A stretch of 37,546 nt of DNA from Fibrobacter succinogenes (lineage in GTDB: Bacteria > Fibrobacterota > Fibrobacteria > Fibrobacterales > Fibrobacteraceae): contig CACZII010000005.1 of the NCBI GenBank assembly GCA_902781185.1, positions 1 through 37,546 on the forward strand, in the 5' to 3' direction. How positions within the stretch are numbered: the stretch's first letter is position 1; each line of letters starts with the position of its first letter. Below are positions 7,637 to 18,165 of the stretch, piece after piece. The position numbers were made by a program, and so were the translations under genes. Under the pieces are notes generated by a model. It did no database searches. It had not been told where the DNA came from and was given only the letters and a program-made list of their open reading frames with translations.

Positions 7637-9958
7637 TCAAGGTTCAAAGTTCAACAGGTCTGGTTCAATGGCAAAGAACTGGGTGCGTTCCGCCTCTTTC
7701 ATAAAGTCCATAAGCATCTTGGAGCTAGGAACCGGTACCAAGAAGGATTTACCAGCAGAAAGCTGTACCAGTTCCACGTCGGTAGACTCTCCAATGTCGG
7801 CAAGGGCCTTGGCCTCGGCAATGGCAACGTCCAGACCACCCACCTTGTGAACCAGCCCTGCCTCCAAAGCCTTCCAGCCCACAAAGACCCGGCCACCGCC
7901 GTATTCGCTGTCAATCTTCGTCTTGTCTACGCCGGTGGCCTCGGACACCACTCCCACAAAGCGGTCGTAGAATTCGTCCATGTAGTCTTGCAGGGCCTGC
8001 TTCTCCTCGTCGGTCCAGGGCCTTGTATAAGTCTCGGCGTCAGCGTGATCGTGAGTCTTTACGGTCTCCGCTTTCAGCCCAAGCTTGGAAAGCAAGCCGG
8101 AAGCATCCACCTTGCCGCCGTAAATACCGATGCTCCCTACAAAGGCAAAGGGTTCCGCCACAATCTTGTCGGCGCCACAGGCAATGTAGTAGGCTCCAGA
8201 GGCGCCCATGTTCCCGATGCTCGCCACGATAGGCAGCCCCTGCTTACGCAGGTTTTTGAGGGCGGCCCAAATCTTGTCAGAGGCGATGGCAGAACCACCC
8301 GGCGAAGAGATACGCACCACCAAGGCAGACACTCCCCCACCCGCCAAACGGCGCAGGATTCCCGAGACTTCCTTTTCCATGGAGCCGTCAATAGAGCCGT
8401 CGATATTCAACAGGCCTATGCGGGCACGGTGCGACCAGCTTTCGTTAAAGATTTTGCGGTCGGTGGGTTTCCAAGTGACATAACCTGCGTAAGGCGCCTC
8501 TAGACCAAAGAAAGTCTTGAGCGCATAAGACGGCACCTGATCAATGTAAAGGATGGAATCGATGACACCCGCCTGCAGCGCGGCCTTGGCGCTTACCACC
8601 GGAACCTTCGCCAGGGAATCCAGCGTAGATGCCGTCTGCTCCACCGGAACATGCTTACGGAAAGCCATGCGGGTCGCCACATAGGCATTCATCATCTTCC
8701 AGAAATCATTGAAAAGTTCAAGCCGGTTCTCCCGAGCCTCCACCGACATGGAGTCTGCGATGTAGGGCTCTGCCGCCGACTTGTAGGCGCCGTGCCGCAA
8801 GAATTCCACCTTCACGCCCAGCTTGTCCAGCAAGCCCTTGTAGTACAGCGTGTTGCCACCGATGCCCCGCCAAGAAAAATGAGCCGACGGCTCCACCACA
8901 ATCCGGTCCACCGAAGCCGCCGCCAGCAACACAGAGAGACGTACGTCGTCCATGTAGGCAATAACCTTCGCTCCGCGGGCCTTCAGCTTCATGACACCCC
9001 GGTTAATCTCGTTGGAGATTCCCACGTTGCCCTTGTAGCCCGAAAAGTCCAGCATCACAATACTTGCCGAGGGGTCACGAAGCAGATGCTCGAACAGGGT
9101 CCGCACCTTCATAATGCCGATGGACTGAGGCCGTATAAAGGAGAGGGGCCCTTCCACTTCGGAAACTTCCATGTCCAATGGCACGCGGACAATCTGGGCG
9201 AACATGGAAGCGTTTGGGTTGCGGGCGGCGTGGTAACCCCAGGTCACCCCCTTAGGCAGGTAATCGTCGTAGAATTTCACAGCCAGGTTGTTGTACCCGC
9301 CGAAAGACATAGACATGGTGAGAGTGTATTCGTCATCGTCACCATAGATAGGCATCTTAAAGCCATAACGAGTGCCATACAGCTCCAGCTCGAAAAGCAG
9401 GCGGTGTTCTTCCCAATCCTCCACGTCATAGCTCACACTCAGATTCCGCCCGAGCCGAAGGGTGGCGCCTGCATTGTGAATGCGGTCCATAGAGGTGGGC
9501 CCTGCATATAGCAGATTCTCACAGGAGTAGGCCAAAGAGATGAACCTGAAAGGCCGAAGCATCACGCCCTGGGTGTAGGACCATTCCGTACCCCCGAAGG
9601 CGGCGCTACGGAAAGCCGTCAGGCGACTGCCCCAGAAAAAGTAGCGCCGAAGCAGGTCGGTGGAATAGGTCAGGTGCCAGCGGGATTCATCCAGGCCCTG
9701 GTCCGCATAGCGATACTCAAAGCTTGCACCCAGATGATCCAGATTTCCACCAACGCGGAACCTAGAAATCTCATCATCGTACTGGTAGTCTAGCAAAGTT
9801 CCCCAGGAATCAAGAGCCCTAAGCCCAGCCGGGTTGCCAAACAGCCCGTGATCTCCTTCCAAGGACACAAAGCCGGACTCGCCTGGCAAGTAGGCGAAAG
9901 CGGGAGCGAGCAAGAAAAGAATGCACCCGAGTAGATAGAGAAAAGAAACTTGCCGCAT
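7637..9958 (-). CDS. sppA: Signal peptide peptidase SppA (S49, two-domain) with N-terminal beta-barrel-like extension
   Basis: GAYKSAAE (Lys base), [16 protein letters not shown] (Ser nucleophile), GSIGI, GGRVFVG; signal peptide followed by NPAGL and about 230 aa of beta-strand-like sequence. Confidence 0.88.
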   Translation of the reverse strand: MRQVSFLYLLGCILFLLAPAFAYLPGESGFVSLEGDHGLFGNPAGLRALDSWGTLLDYQYDDEISRFRVGGNLDHLGASFEYRYADQGLDESRWHLTYSTDLLRRYFFWGSRLTAFRSAAFGGTEWSYTQGVMLRPFRFISLAYSCENLLYAGPTSMDRIHNAGATLRLGRNLSVSYDVEDWEEHRLLFELELYGTRYGFKMPIYGDDDEYTLTMSMSFGGYNNLAVKFYDDYLPKGVTWGYHAARNPNASMFAQIVRVPLDMEVSEVEGPLSFIRPQSIGIMKVRTLFEHLLRDPSASIVMLDFSGYKGNVGISNEINRGVMKLKARGAKVIAYMDDVRLSVLLAAASVDRIVVEPSAHFSWRGIGGNTLYYKGLLDKLGVKVEFLRHGAYKSAAEPYIADSMSVEARENRLELFNDFWKMMNAYVATRMAFRKHVPVEQTASTLDSLAKVPVVSAKAALQAGVIDSILYIDQVPSYALKTFFGLEAPYAGYVTWKPTDRKIFNESWSHRARIGLLNIDGSIDGSMEKEVSGILRRLAGGGVSALVVRISSPGGSAIASDKIWAALKNLRKQGLPIVASIGNMGASGAYYIACGADKIVAEPFAFVGSIGIYGGKVDASGLLSKLGLKAETVKTHDHADAETYTRPWTDEEKQALQDYMDEFYDRFVGVVSEATGVDKTKIDSEYGGGRVFVGWKALEAGLVHKVGGLDVAIAEAKALADIGESTDVELVQLSAGKSFLVPVPSSKMLMDFMKEAERTQFFAIEPDLLNFEP

Positions 9959-9976
9959 TCTTTACCGTCCTATAGT

Positions 9977-10804
9977 TTACGGAAATTCTGCTCTCAGATA
10001 TAGTTCCACCTTGTGGCCTGTTTCAAAGCCAAACAGGTTTCCGCGATTCATCTCATAGGCCATGCCTATGCCGAAGGGAAACGGGAACCATCCCACATAG
10101 CGAGCGATATCACCCCGCATCCGGAATCCACGATAAAGGTCGTCCATTTTCTGGTAGTCCTTTGCCAGATTGTGATTTTCAGATTCCTGGATGCGCCAGC
10201 GGAAAAGGAATACATAGCCAACCTGCCAACCTGTCCGGGCATACTTATCCCAAAAGGCATTCCAGACAAACGAAGTTTTTACCCCCACTTCATCACCGGG
10301 CTGGTAATTACGGTCTTCAATAAAGGAGTAATACTGTCCTGAAAGACCAAGGACCATATTCGGGCTAAAACGGTACACACCCATAGGTTCAATCCCCAGA
10401 CGTTCGAAACGCTCCACACGGCTTCCGTCGCCAGGCTTAAAACGCCAGCTTACGTTCAAACCAAAAAAGTCCAGCGGGAAAAACTTCATGCCCACGTAGG
10501 ATTCATTCAAACCATTCACCTGCAGGTTCACCATCTCATGAATCTGGTCATGAAGCATGACCTGCCACTCGTAGCTGACAAAACGATACGACATGTCGGT
10601 ATAAAAGCTCAGACAGTTGCAGGGGGCCACTTCCACAGACCACTTCAGGTCGGCGCTGTAAACATCGTCCCGGAGTTCGCCCACACCACCAACCGCAATG
10701 GCACTCTGGGGAGGCAAAACTGGCTTCAACGGCTCCGTCGCAAAAGCGGGAGCAGCCCACACAAGCAGCGATATCACCAAGCACAAAACGCCTGGCAAGC
10801 GCAA
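9977..10804 (-). CDS. Secreted hypothetical protein, probable outer-membrane beta-barrel (start uncertain)
   Basis: Signal-like LRLPGVLCLVISLLVWAAPAFA starting at a TTG just after the wzc stop; alternating aromatic strands; C-terminus ELYLRAEFP. The ORF-track start (10933) overlaps wzc by over 120 nt. Confidence 0.6.
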   Translation of the reverse strand: MRLPGVLCLVISLLVWAAPAFATEPLKPVLPPQSAIAVGGVGELRDDVYSADLKWSVEVAPCNCLSFYTDMSYRFVSYEWQVMLHDQIHEMVNLQVNGLNESYVGMKFFPLDFFGLNVSWRFKPGDGSRVERFERLGIEPMGVYRFSPNMVLGLSGQYYSFIEDRNYQPGDEVGVKTSFVWNAFWDKYARTGWQVGYVFLFRWRIQESENHNLAKDYQKMDDLYRGFRMRGDIARYVGWFPFPFGIGMAYEMNRGNLFGFETGHKVELYLRAEFP

Positions 10805-10805
10805 C

Positions 10806-12899
10806 TTAGTACTTACCGTACTTATAACCGTAACCATCCTGGCTGCCATGTTCATACTTGTTGATAACAATAGAAGCATGGGCATTGGGGTTGCCCTTGA
10901 GAATCTGCCCCATACCATCTTGAATGGCTTCAATGGAATGCTTGTTATATTCGATGACCATCACAATCTGGGCAGCCACACGGCAAGCAAGAGCAGCGTC
11001 TGTCACCAGCATAATCGGCGGCGTATCAATAATAATCAAGTCATACTGTTGCTTGAACTGTTCAATCAATTCCAGATAATGCTTGGAGCCCAACAATTCA
11101 GCAGGGTTCGCAGGAACATTTCCGCAGGGCAACACAAACAGGTTTTCCACCTCGGTGGAAGAAATCACTTGTTCCGGTTCAATCTCGCGCAACAAGACCT
11201 GAGAGAAGCCCTTTCCGCGCTTGATACCGAATTCCTTATGCAAGCGTCCCTTACGCAAGTCTGCGTCAATCAACAGTACCTTCTTTCCAAGGCCTGCATA
11301 AAGAGCAGCCAGGTTCACAGAGATAAAGCTCTTACCTACACCAGGAATAAGGCCACTCACGCCGATCACCGGCTGATCAGATTCCATCATGGAAAATTCA
11401 AGAGAAGAACGGAGGGCGCGCAGGGATTCCACGGCCACGTCATCAGGCTCCACCACTGCAAGCGGACGGGTACCCTTTGTGCCCTTGGGGTTGCCCTTGG
11501 GCACCTTAGCATAAACGGTAAAGCCTGTTTCCTTTTCAATGAAAGTCGCACTCTTGACGCCACCACTGAGTTTATCCTTGAGGGACACAAGAGCAGCACC
11601 CAACAGCAAGCCAAAAAACAAGAATACGGCAAGAATCAATTTCTTCTTGGGCTTCACGGGCTTAGTAGTCTGTTCAGCAAAGTCAACAATACGTACAGAA
11701 CCGACCTCACCTGCAGAAACCAAACGCAACTGCTGCACACTATTCAGCATGTTGGTATACAGGACCTTATTGAGTTCAACCTCACTAGTCAACTTCAACA
11801 CTTCTTGCTGGGTTTCCGGCAAATCCTTTACATCTCTCGATGTTGCAGCCAATTCACGACGAAGCGTCCGTTCTTGATCTTCAAGTGTCTTGACTGTGGG
11901 GTGTTCCGCATGGAACAGACGAATAGCTTCCTGCTTTTTCTGCTGGATTTCCAGAATATTCTGTTCTAATTGCATTCTTTTCTGAAGTACAATCTGTGTT
12001 TCAGCGGCTACGTCTACGGACCCGACCCTATTCTGGTAAGCATTCATGTTCATCAAGGAAGAATCCAACCGGGCTTTCAAGTCTGGCAACTGCTTTTCCA
12101 AAAATTCCAGGGTCTGCTGGGCCTCGGCATTACGTTCTTCCACATTCTGCCGCAAGTAAGAGGATGCCACCTCGTTCAGCACATCCACCGCACGATCCGG
12201 GTAAACATCTTGATATGAAAACTCCAGCACTCCTGTTCGTTTTCCCTTTTCCGTCACGTCAAATCTTTTCCTAAACTCCTCTACCGCGTCAAGGTACGTC
12301 AATTTGCCTACATCAAAACGCTGGCCCTTCTTTGCATCCATGGAATAAACACCAAAAGACGCCGAATCATCGGCATAAGGGAAATGGTAAGTCTGTCCAA
12401 CCGCACCAACCAGAACACGCTGATTATTGTAATCATATAGGGCAAAATCAACAGAATCCAGCACCCTGACCATCCAAGGCTTTTCCCGATCTTCCAGAGA
12501 CAGTCTGTCCCAAGGAATCTCAAAATTCATCAGCTCCATTCTACCTTCGCGATGAAGCAGGCGATCCCATTTACCCTTCGGGATGGCATAATACCGCAAA
12601 CGCTTTGATTCTACCGTGCTACCAAGGACCTTACGACTTTTTATCAGCTCTATTTCTGTTTCCGCAGGGCTCGTTGTGGCAAACAAAGCCGCCATATCAC
12701 CCATCATGGATGATCCCTTTGCATTTTTCGTCTCTATCTGAAGCAAGGCATCCACCTGATAAACAGGCCGAATCCACATTGCCACGAAAACACCCACTGC
12801 ACCAGCAAATAAGATGCACGGCAAGACAATAAGCCAATTTCTCAGCAAATTCTGCACTAGTTCAAATAAATCTTTCTCTTCTGTTTTTTTAGTAGCCAT
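10806..12899 (-). CDS. wzc: Polysaccharide co-polymerase / BY-kinase
   Basis: Wzz-like N-terminus (PVYQVDALLQI, EIELIKSR), ESLRALRSSL, Walker A PGVGKS, LLIDADLR, IIIDTPP, Tyr-rich tail YGYKYGKY. Confidence 0.95.
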   Translation of the reverse strand: MATKKTEEKDLFELVQNLLRNWLIVLPCILFAGAVGVFVAMWIRPVYQVDALLQIETKNAKGSSMMGDMAALFATTSPAETEIELIKSRKVLGSTVESKRLRYYAIPKGKWDRLLHREGRMELMNFEIPWDRLSLEDREKPWMVRVLDSVDFALYDYNNQRVLVGAVGQTYHFPYADDSASFGVYSMDAKKGQRFDVGKLTYLDAVEEFRKRFDVTEKGKRTGVLEFSYQDVYPDRAVDVLNEVASSYLRQNVEERNAEAQQTLEFLEKQLPDLKARLDSSLMNMNAYQNRVGSVDVAAETQIVLQKRMQLEQNILEIQQKKQEAIRLFHAEHPTVKTLEDQERTLRRELAATSRDVKDLPETQQEVLKLTSEVELNKVLYTNMLNSVQQLRLVSAGEVGSVRIVDFAEQTTKPVKPKKKLILAVFLFFGLLLGAALVSLKDKLSGGVKSATFIEKETGFTVYAKVPKGNPKGTKGTRPLAVVEPDDVAVESLRALRSSLEFSMMESDQPVIGVSGLIPGVGKSFISVNLAALYAGLGKKVLLIDADLRKGRLHKEFGIKRGKGFSQVLLREIEPEQVISSTEVENLFVLPCGNVPANPAELLGSKHYLELIEQFKQQYDLIIIDTPPIMLVTDAALACRVAAQIVMVIEYNKHSIEAIQDGMGQILKGNPNAHASIVINKYEHGSQDGYGYKYGKY

Positions 12900-13011
12900 A
12901 AAAAACCCATGTCTATTTGTAAAAAAAATACAAAAAAAAGACCTATTACAGCTTAAACCAATGTATATTTCACAGGAATTTCAAGAACCCCACCCCCCAA
13001 AAAACAGCTCG

Positions 13012-14235
13012 ATGCACCAAGCCCTATTCACCGCAATTATATGGATACTGATATGCCTCAGCGGCTGCGTTTGGGTTGAAGCAGACGACTCTCCAGACTA
13101 CCTACCCTTAGACGATTCGGAGTACCCCTATGCGGGAATTCCCCGTCTAGTCATCGAAACAGAAAATTTTGCCCAAATTCGGGACAAGGAAACCAAGATT
13201 CCCGCTAAGATGCAAATCTACGAGAAAAATGGTCCCGAAAGCGATGTAATCGATTTCACCATAAAGGGACGGGGCAATTCCAGTATCGGCATGAGCAAAT
13301 ACAGTATGAAAATAAAGTTTCCTGAAAAACGGGAAATGTTTGGAATGCCCGCAGACAAGGAATGGGCGCTCATCTCAAATCACGCCGACAAGACCCTGCT
13401 TCGTAATTACGCCACATTCAACTTGGCCAAACAGTTACAAATGGACTACGTGCCAAATTGCGTTTTTGTGGAGGTGTATCTAAACAGGACCTACATGGGA
13501 GTTTATCTTTTAACAGAAACCATCAAGGTCAACCCTTCTCGGCTTAGCATTCCCCAGGACGGCAACAACTACCTCGTAGAAGTAGACGCCTATCACGACA
13601 ACAATGACACCGTCATAAAAACAGTCAACAATCTACCCCTAAAAATCCACTACCCCAAAAATTGCGAAGACACCTGTCAAAAGCCCCTAAAGATTTTCGC
13701 CGACCAATGGGAAAAGTTTTTGCGGACCGACTTTCTGTTCGACAGCCTTTCCACCCGCTGGGTGGACATCCAGGACTACTCAGCCTACTACTGGATAGAA
13801 GAATTTTCCAAAAACACCGATAGCAATCTCAAGACCAGCGTTTTCTTCACTTGGGAACGGGACGGCAAAATAAAAATGGGGCCTGTCTGGGATTTCGACT
13901 TAAGTTACGGAGAATACAAGAACTACAGTCCCCAAAACTGGTATTCTAGATCCAATGCTTGGAATAGGTACCTGTTCAAAAACGGAAAGTTCAAAGAAGA
14001 AATCTCAGACTATTGGAAAGAACATAGGGACATCTTCTTAAACACAATCGATTCACTAGACCATTACAGAAAACACCTCGAGAAAGCGGCAGACAACAAC
14101 TTCAAGCGTTGGCCCGTACTAGGAACCACATTCCTCTGGGAATTCAACCAGAGCTACGATAGTCATAGGGAAGCCGTAGATTCCCTTAAAAGCTGGATGA
14201 AACAAAGGGTTCAATGGATTGATGGCAATATCTAA
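13012..14235 (+). CDS. CotH-family kinase lipoprotein
   Basis: Start placed at MHQALF...LSG-C lipobox; IKGRGNSS, DKTLLRN, YMGVYLLTE, MGPVWDFDLSYG. Confidence 0.85.
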   Translation: MHQALFTAIIWILICLSGCVWVEADDSPDYLPLDDSEYPYAGIPRLVIETENFAQIRDKETKIPAKMQIYEKNGPESDVIDFTIKGRGNSSIGMSKYSMKIKFPEKREMFGMPADKEWALISNHADKTLLRNYATFNLAKQLQMDYVPNCVFVEVYLNRTYMGVYLLTETIKVNPSRLSIPQDGNNYLVEVDAYHDNNDTVIKTVNNLPLKIHYPKNCEDTCQKPLKIFADQWEKFLRTDFLFDSLSTRWVDIQDYSAYYWIEEFSKNTDSNLKTSVFFTWERDGKIKMGPVWDFDLSYGEYKNYSPQNWYSRSNAWNRYLFKNGKFKEEISDYWKEHRDIFLNTIDSLDHYRKHLEKAADNNFKRWPVLGTTFLWEFNQSYDSHREAVDSLKSWMKQRVQWIDGNI

Positions 14236-15472
14236 CCGCACGATAAGCTTTCTCCTAGCCTTCCTGTCCTATTTTATGTCGGGATGCGTCTGGAGTAATT
14301 CTTCTGACAGCTCGGAATACCTACCTCTCGATGATTCTGAGTATCCATATGCAGGCCTGCCACGAATGGTCATTGAAACGAACGACTTTCATGAATTAAG
14401 GGATACTGAGACAGACATTCCCGCAAGAATGCAAATGTACGGTAAAAGCATTCCCGAAAGCGAAGTTATAGAGCTGACCATCAAAGGACACGGCAATTCT
14501 AGCTTTAAAGCCATGACAAAATTCTCCCTAAAAATTGAACTGGCTCAAAAAAAGGCCCTTTTAGGCATGCCACCAGACAAGGAATGGATCCTCATCTCCA
14601 ATTTTTCCGACAGAACCCTTCTAAAGAACTACGCTATTTTTAGGCTCGCACAAAAGCTAGGCGTCAACCATGTGCCACGCTCTACATTTGTTGAACTTTA
14701 TCTCAACCGTCAATACCAGGGAGTATACCTTTTATCAGAGAGCATAAAGGTCTCCAAAAACAGAGTAAATATACCTCAAAACAATTCATCTTTTCTCTTT
14801 GAAAAAACAACACGTTACCATCTTAACGGCGAAACTATTCGCACAAAGAAAAACACCCTCTTTAAAATCCGTTATCCAAAGCGCCCTTCTAACGAAACCA
14901 CCAGCAAATTGCAGGCTCAATTGAACCAATGGGAAGATTTTCTTTACGGAAAGGACTTCAATTCCGCCAAGATTGACGAATGGGTTGATATCGTTGACTA
15001 CATACGCTACTTCTGGTTGCTTGAGTTCTCGAAAAATTACGACGGCCGCTTCGGACGGAGCATCTTTTTCACCTGGCAAGAAAACGACATAATGAGGATG
15101 GGGCCCGTTTGGGATTATGACGAAACATTCGGTTGCTCAAAAGATGGCATGCCCAAACTATCCGCTGAAGGCTGGCATGCAAAATCTTCCGGCTGGAACA
15201 ACCCCCTGTTCAAGGACCATTCCATATGGAATCGGGCAGCAGAATATTGGAAGCAGAACGAGCACCTATTCAAGGCGTTCATAGATTCAATCGACGTCTA
15301 CGCTAATATCACCAAAAAAGCAACCCATAACGAGTTTAAACGCTGGAACGTGCTCGACAACACCGAATTCTGGGCTTATAAAGAAAGCTATAAAGATTAC
15401 AACGAAGCCCTGGACTCCCTCAAATCCTGGGCAAGACGGCGCATCGAATGGATTGACGCCAACCTGAATTAG
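14222..15472 (+). CDS. CotH-family kinase lipoprotein (paralog of the upstream gene)
   Basis: MSG-C lipobox; YLPLDDSEYPYAG shared with the neighbour; IKGHGNSS, YQGVYLLSE, MGPVWDYD. Confidence 0.85.
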   Translation: MAISNRTISFLLAFLSYFMSGCVWSNSSDSSEYLPLDDSEYPYAGLPRMVIETNDFHELRDTETDIPARMQMYGKSIPESEVIELTIKGHGNSSFKAMTKFSLKIELAQKKALLGMPPDKEWILISNFSDRTLLKNYAIFRLAQKLGVNHVPRSTFVELYLNRQYQGVYLLSESIKVSKNRVNIPQNNSSFLFEKTTRYHLNGETIRTKKNTLFKIRYPKRPSNETTSKLQAQLNQWEDFLYGKDFNSAKIDEWVDIVDYIRYFWLLEFSKNYDGRFGRSIFFTWQENDIMRMGPVWDYDETFGCSKDGMPKLSAEGWHAKSSGWNNPLFKDHSIWNRAAEYWKQNEHLFKAFIDSIDVYANITKKATHNEFKRWNVLDNTEFWAYKESYKDYNEALDSLKSWARRRIEWIDANLN

Positions 15473-16488
15473 CCCAAATATTCTATAAGCCTTTCAAATA
15501 TTTCCTTGAGGCCATAACGTGGGCGCCACCCAAGAGCCATCAGTTTTTCCGTATCGAGACGTAGCTTAGTCGGCGGAGCATACCCCATATTGTCAGCAAG
15601 CTCAACCTTCACCTGGCTATTCGGATTAATATTGTTATGCACGAATTCGGCCATGCCTCTTGCAGAAAGGTACGTCGAATCATTTGCCACATTGTAGCTT
15701 TCGCCATCAGCACCTTTCAACAGTATGTACAGAAGAGCCGATATAGAATCCGTCACATAACAATAGGGTCTCGACGACTCCCCCGTCGTGTGGAGAACAA
15801 TATCCTGCCCATGAGCAGCTAGTCTTGCAAACTGGGCTATAATCCGGGAATCATCCTTTGTTATCCCCGCACCCGATGTTTGCGTCAATCTAGCGATTTT
15901 CACAGGCACTCCGTATTCCGACGCATACAGACAGCATAGATTTTCCGTCGCTCTTTTCGCCATAGGATAGCTGCTACGAACAGACATCGGATTCAGATAC
16001 CCCTGAAAATCTTCCTTAACCGAAAGGGAATCATCATGTGACTCACCATAGACTTCCAACGAAGACAGGTAAACCATTCCACGAACCTGCTTCTGGCGGG
16101 CCAACTGCAACATCTTCTTAGTGCCGTCCATGATAATTTCAAACGTTTCCACAGGATGCTCTACGAAAAACTTGCTTGAGGTCGGAGCCGCACAATGCAC
16201 GATATAGTCTATCTTCTCCAACAGGCTATAGTCGTATTCTACTAAATCACATTCAATAAAATGAATATGCTCTTTTTGCCGTTCATCAAAGAGAACTTCG
16301 GCCTTTTTCAAATTCCTCACTGGGGCATAAACTTTTATCTGCTCATTTAACGCCAGCAAGCAACGAATCAACGACGAACCAATAAGCCCAGTTGCCCCAG
16401 TCACCAAGAATGTGGATTTCGTCAACTGGTTCGACAACTCAAAATGCTTCGCAAAAAGCGAAACATCTTCTTCAACAATTCTATTCAT
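15469..16488 (-). CDS. Extended SDR (NAD-dependent epimerase/dehydratase family), likely CDP-pentulose reductase in CDP-alditol synthesis
   Basis: VTGATGLIG, LSSLEVYG, YPMAK (YxxxK); coupled to an IspD/TarI-like gene. Confidence 0.8.
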   Translation of the reverse strand: MNRIVEEDVSLFAKHFELSNQLTKSTFLVTGATGLIGSSLIRCLLALNEQIKVYAPVRNLKKAEVLFDERQKEHIHFIECDLVEYDYSLLEKIDYIVHCAAPTSSKFFVEHPVETFEIIMDGTKKMLQLARQKQVRGMVYLSSLEVYGESHDDSLSVKEDFQGYLNPMSVRSSYPMAKRATENLCCLYASEYGVPVKIARLTQTSGAGITKDDSRIIAQFARLAAHGQDIVLHTTGESSRPYCYVTDSISALLYILLKGADGESYNVANDSTYLSARGMAEFVHNNINPNSQVKVELADNMGYAPPTKLRLDTEKLMALGWRPRYGLKEIFERLIEYLG

Positions 16489-16490
16489 TA

Positions 16491-17213
16491 TTAAAACCCA
16501 AAAATTTGCTGGTTTTCATGCACTTCTACCATAGCACGGAAAATAAAGAAATCCGTAGGCGTGGTAATTTTAATATTCTCCATAGGGCCAATAATAGTAT
16601 GGATCCTATGTCCATAATGGCTCATCATGGTGCAGGAATCGATAAAGTCATTTCTGCCCTCTGAACGGGCCTTCTCATGGGCTTCCAGAATATCATTAAG
16701 CTTAAAACACTGCGGTGCCCGAGCAATTAGGGAATCCGGACGGGAAGGTATTTCCAGAGAACCATCAGCCTGCTTCACAATAAAAGTTTCCGTGGCAGGA
16801 ACACAGGTGACGCAATTCCCCTTTTCATTGGTTTGAGCAATACAATCTGATATGGTCTGCTCTTTTATCAACGGCCGAACGCCATCGTGAATCAAGACGT
16901 TGCATTCATCACCGTACTTTTCCCTTGCAGCAAGCAAGCCCTTGTATATGGATTCCTGGCCGGTTTCGCCTCCAGAAACCACAACACCAACCTTGCTTAT
17001 CTCGAACTTATTCAATTGCTTTTGCAAAAAAGGAATCCAAGATTCGATACACACCACCACAATACCGTCTACCTGCGGGTGGTTGTCAAATAGTTCTAAC
17101 GTATAAACAATGATTGGTTTCCCTCTCAGTTCAAGAAACTGCTTAGGCCTAGAAACCGTATTCATACGCATTCCCGTTCCACCGGCAAAAATGACAGCTA
17201 TGTTCTTTTTCAT
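16491..17213 (-). CDS. IspD/TarI-family cytidylyltransferase
   Basis: AGGTGMRM, PKQFL, LIHDGVRP, NIKITTPTD; capsule context favours an alditol/pentulose-phosphate substrate over MEP. Confidence 0.9.
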   Translation of the reverse strand: MKKNIAVIFAGGTGMRMNTVSRPKQFLELRGKPIIVYTLELFDNHPQVDGIVVVCIESWIPFLQKQLNKFEISKVGVVVSGGETGQESIYKGLLAAREKYGDECNVLIHDGVRPLIKEQTISDCIAQTNEKGNCVTCVPATETFIVKQADGSLEIPSRPDSLIARAPQCFKLNDILEAHEKARSEGRNDFIDSCTMMSHYGHRIHTIIGPMENIKITTPTDFFIFRAMVEVHENQQIFGF

Positions 17214-17259
17214 GGGATGTCCCTTTTTCGCTTATTACCCCAAAAAAGATAGCAAACAA

Positions 17260-18165
17260 CTATCTCATTTTTCTAGACTTCAAGAATTTTGCCACACCGT
17301 GCGGATCATCCGTAAAAAATACCGTAAATCCGTGGTCCAGAAGCCAACCGTAGCTTGATTCCGCATCCATCAGCGCAAGCTGGTCATTGCGGCCTCCATT
17401 ACAGCACTTGCCAAGTAGAGTATCCACCCACAACCGATGGCCATATTCTGAATACGACTTCGTCTCTTTCAATATGGAGAGCTTGTCCGAAGGGAAAGCA
17501 ATATAATAACCTATGGGCTGCATTTTATTTTTCAGCTCCAAAAATTTGCCTTCATCATTTTTTCCATTGCAGGGAAGAAACGGAACGTAATTCACTTCTG
17601 GGTATTGCATCGCCAGCTTATAAGCGTCGGATTCCATGTTGACTGGCCCTGCTAGTAGAATTTGCCGATCCATTCCATGCCTATGCACCATTTCCAAGAC
17701 AGCCTCTTTATGGGCCTGCCACTTGTCCACGTACACTAGAATCTGCCCCTTTGCAAGATTCAGAACTTCTTCAAAAGAAGGAACAGTCTGGTCCGAGACG
17801 TAGTTTGTCGGCGTCTTCAAATGGAGTTTTTTTATTTCCTCAAATGTCAAATCAGAGACCTTGCCCTTGCCGTCTGTCGTCCGATTCACCGTTTCGTCGT
17901 GCATAATAACAAGAACTCCATCCTTGGTCATACGGACATCAACTTCTATAGCATCAAAACCCGACTTGATGCAATTGGCAAATCCCCTAAGGGAGTTTTC
18001 TGGAGCATATCGCCAATCTCCACGATGAGCGATAATCATAGCATAATCATGGGGCCCACGTTCTTTCAGTTTATCCAACAAAAAGTCAACACGATTTTCA
18101 TCGGCAATCGCAAATATTTGCAGTAGCGCAATTAAAACAAATAATTTTTTTAGAATAGAACTCAT
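17260..18165 (-). CDS. Glycerophosphodiester phosphodiesterase family protein with signal peptide
   Basis: IIAHRG, APENS, IEVDVRMTKDG, HDETVNRTT, TDDP; hydrophobic N-terminus. Confidence 0.9.
   Translation of the reverse strand: MSSILKKLFVLIALLQIFAIADENRVDFLLDKLKERGPHDYAMIIAHRGDWRYAPENSLRGFANCIKSGFDAIEVDVRMTKDGVLVIMHDETVNRTTDGKGKVSDLTFEEIKKLHLKTPTNYVSDQTVPSFEEVLNLAKGQILVYVDKWQAHKEAVLEMVHRHGMDRQILLAGPVNMESDAYKLAMQYPEVNYVPFLPCNGKNDEGKFLELKNKMQPIGYYIAFPSDKLSILKETKSYSEYGHRLWVDTLLGKCCNGGRNDQLALMDAESSYGWLLDHGFTVFFTDDPHGVAKFLKSRKMR

Noticed and set aside
10698-11969. 423-aa + strand ORF opposite wzc
   Set aside because: Antisense shadow; the minus-strand product is a clear Wzc
12891-12940. Poly-A tracts upstream of wzc as a phase-variation switch
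   Set aside because: Tracts are at most 8 nt and T-runs precede most promoters here; insufficient evidence
16491-17213. Housekeeping ispD (MEP pathway)
   Set aside because: Context (SDR partner, LicD/TagF, no ispF) favours CDP-alditol synthesis, so the symbol is withheld
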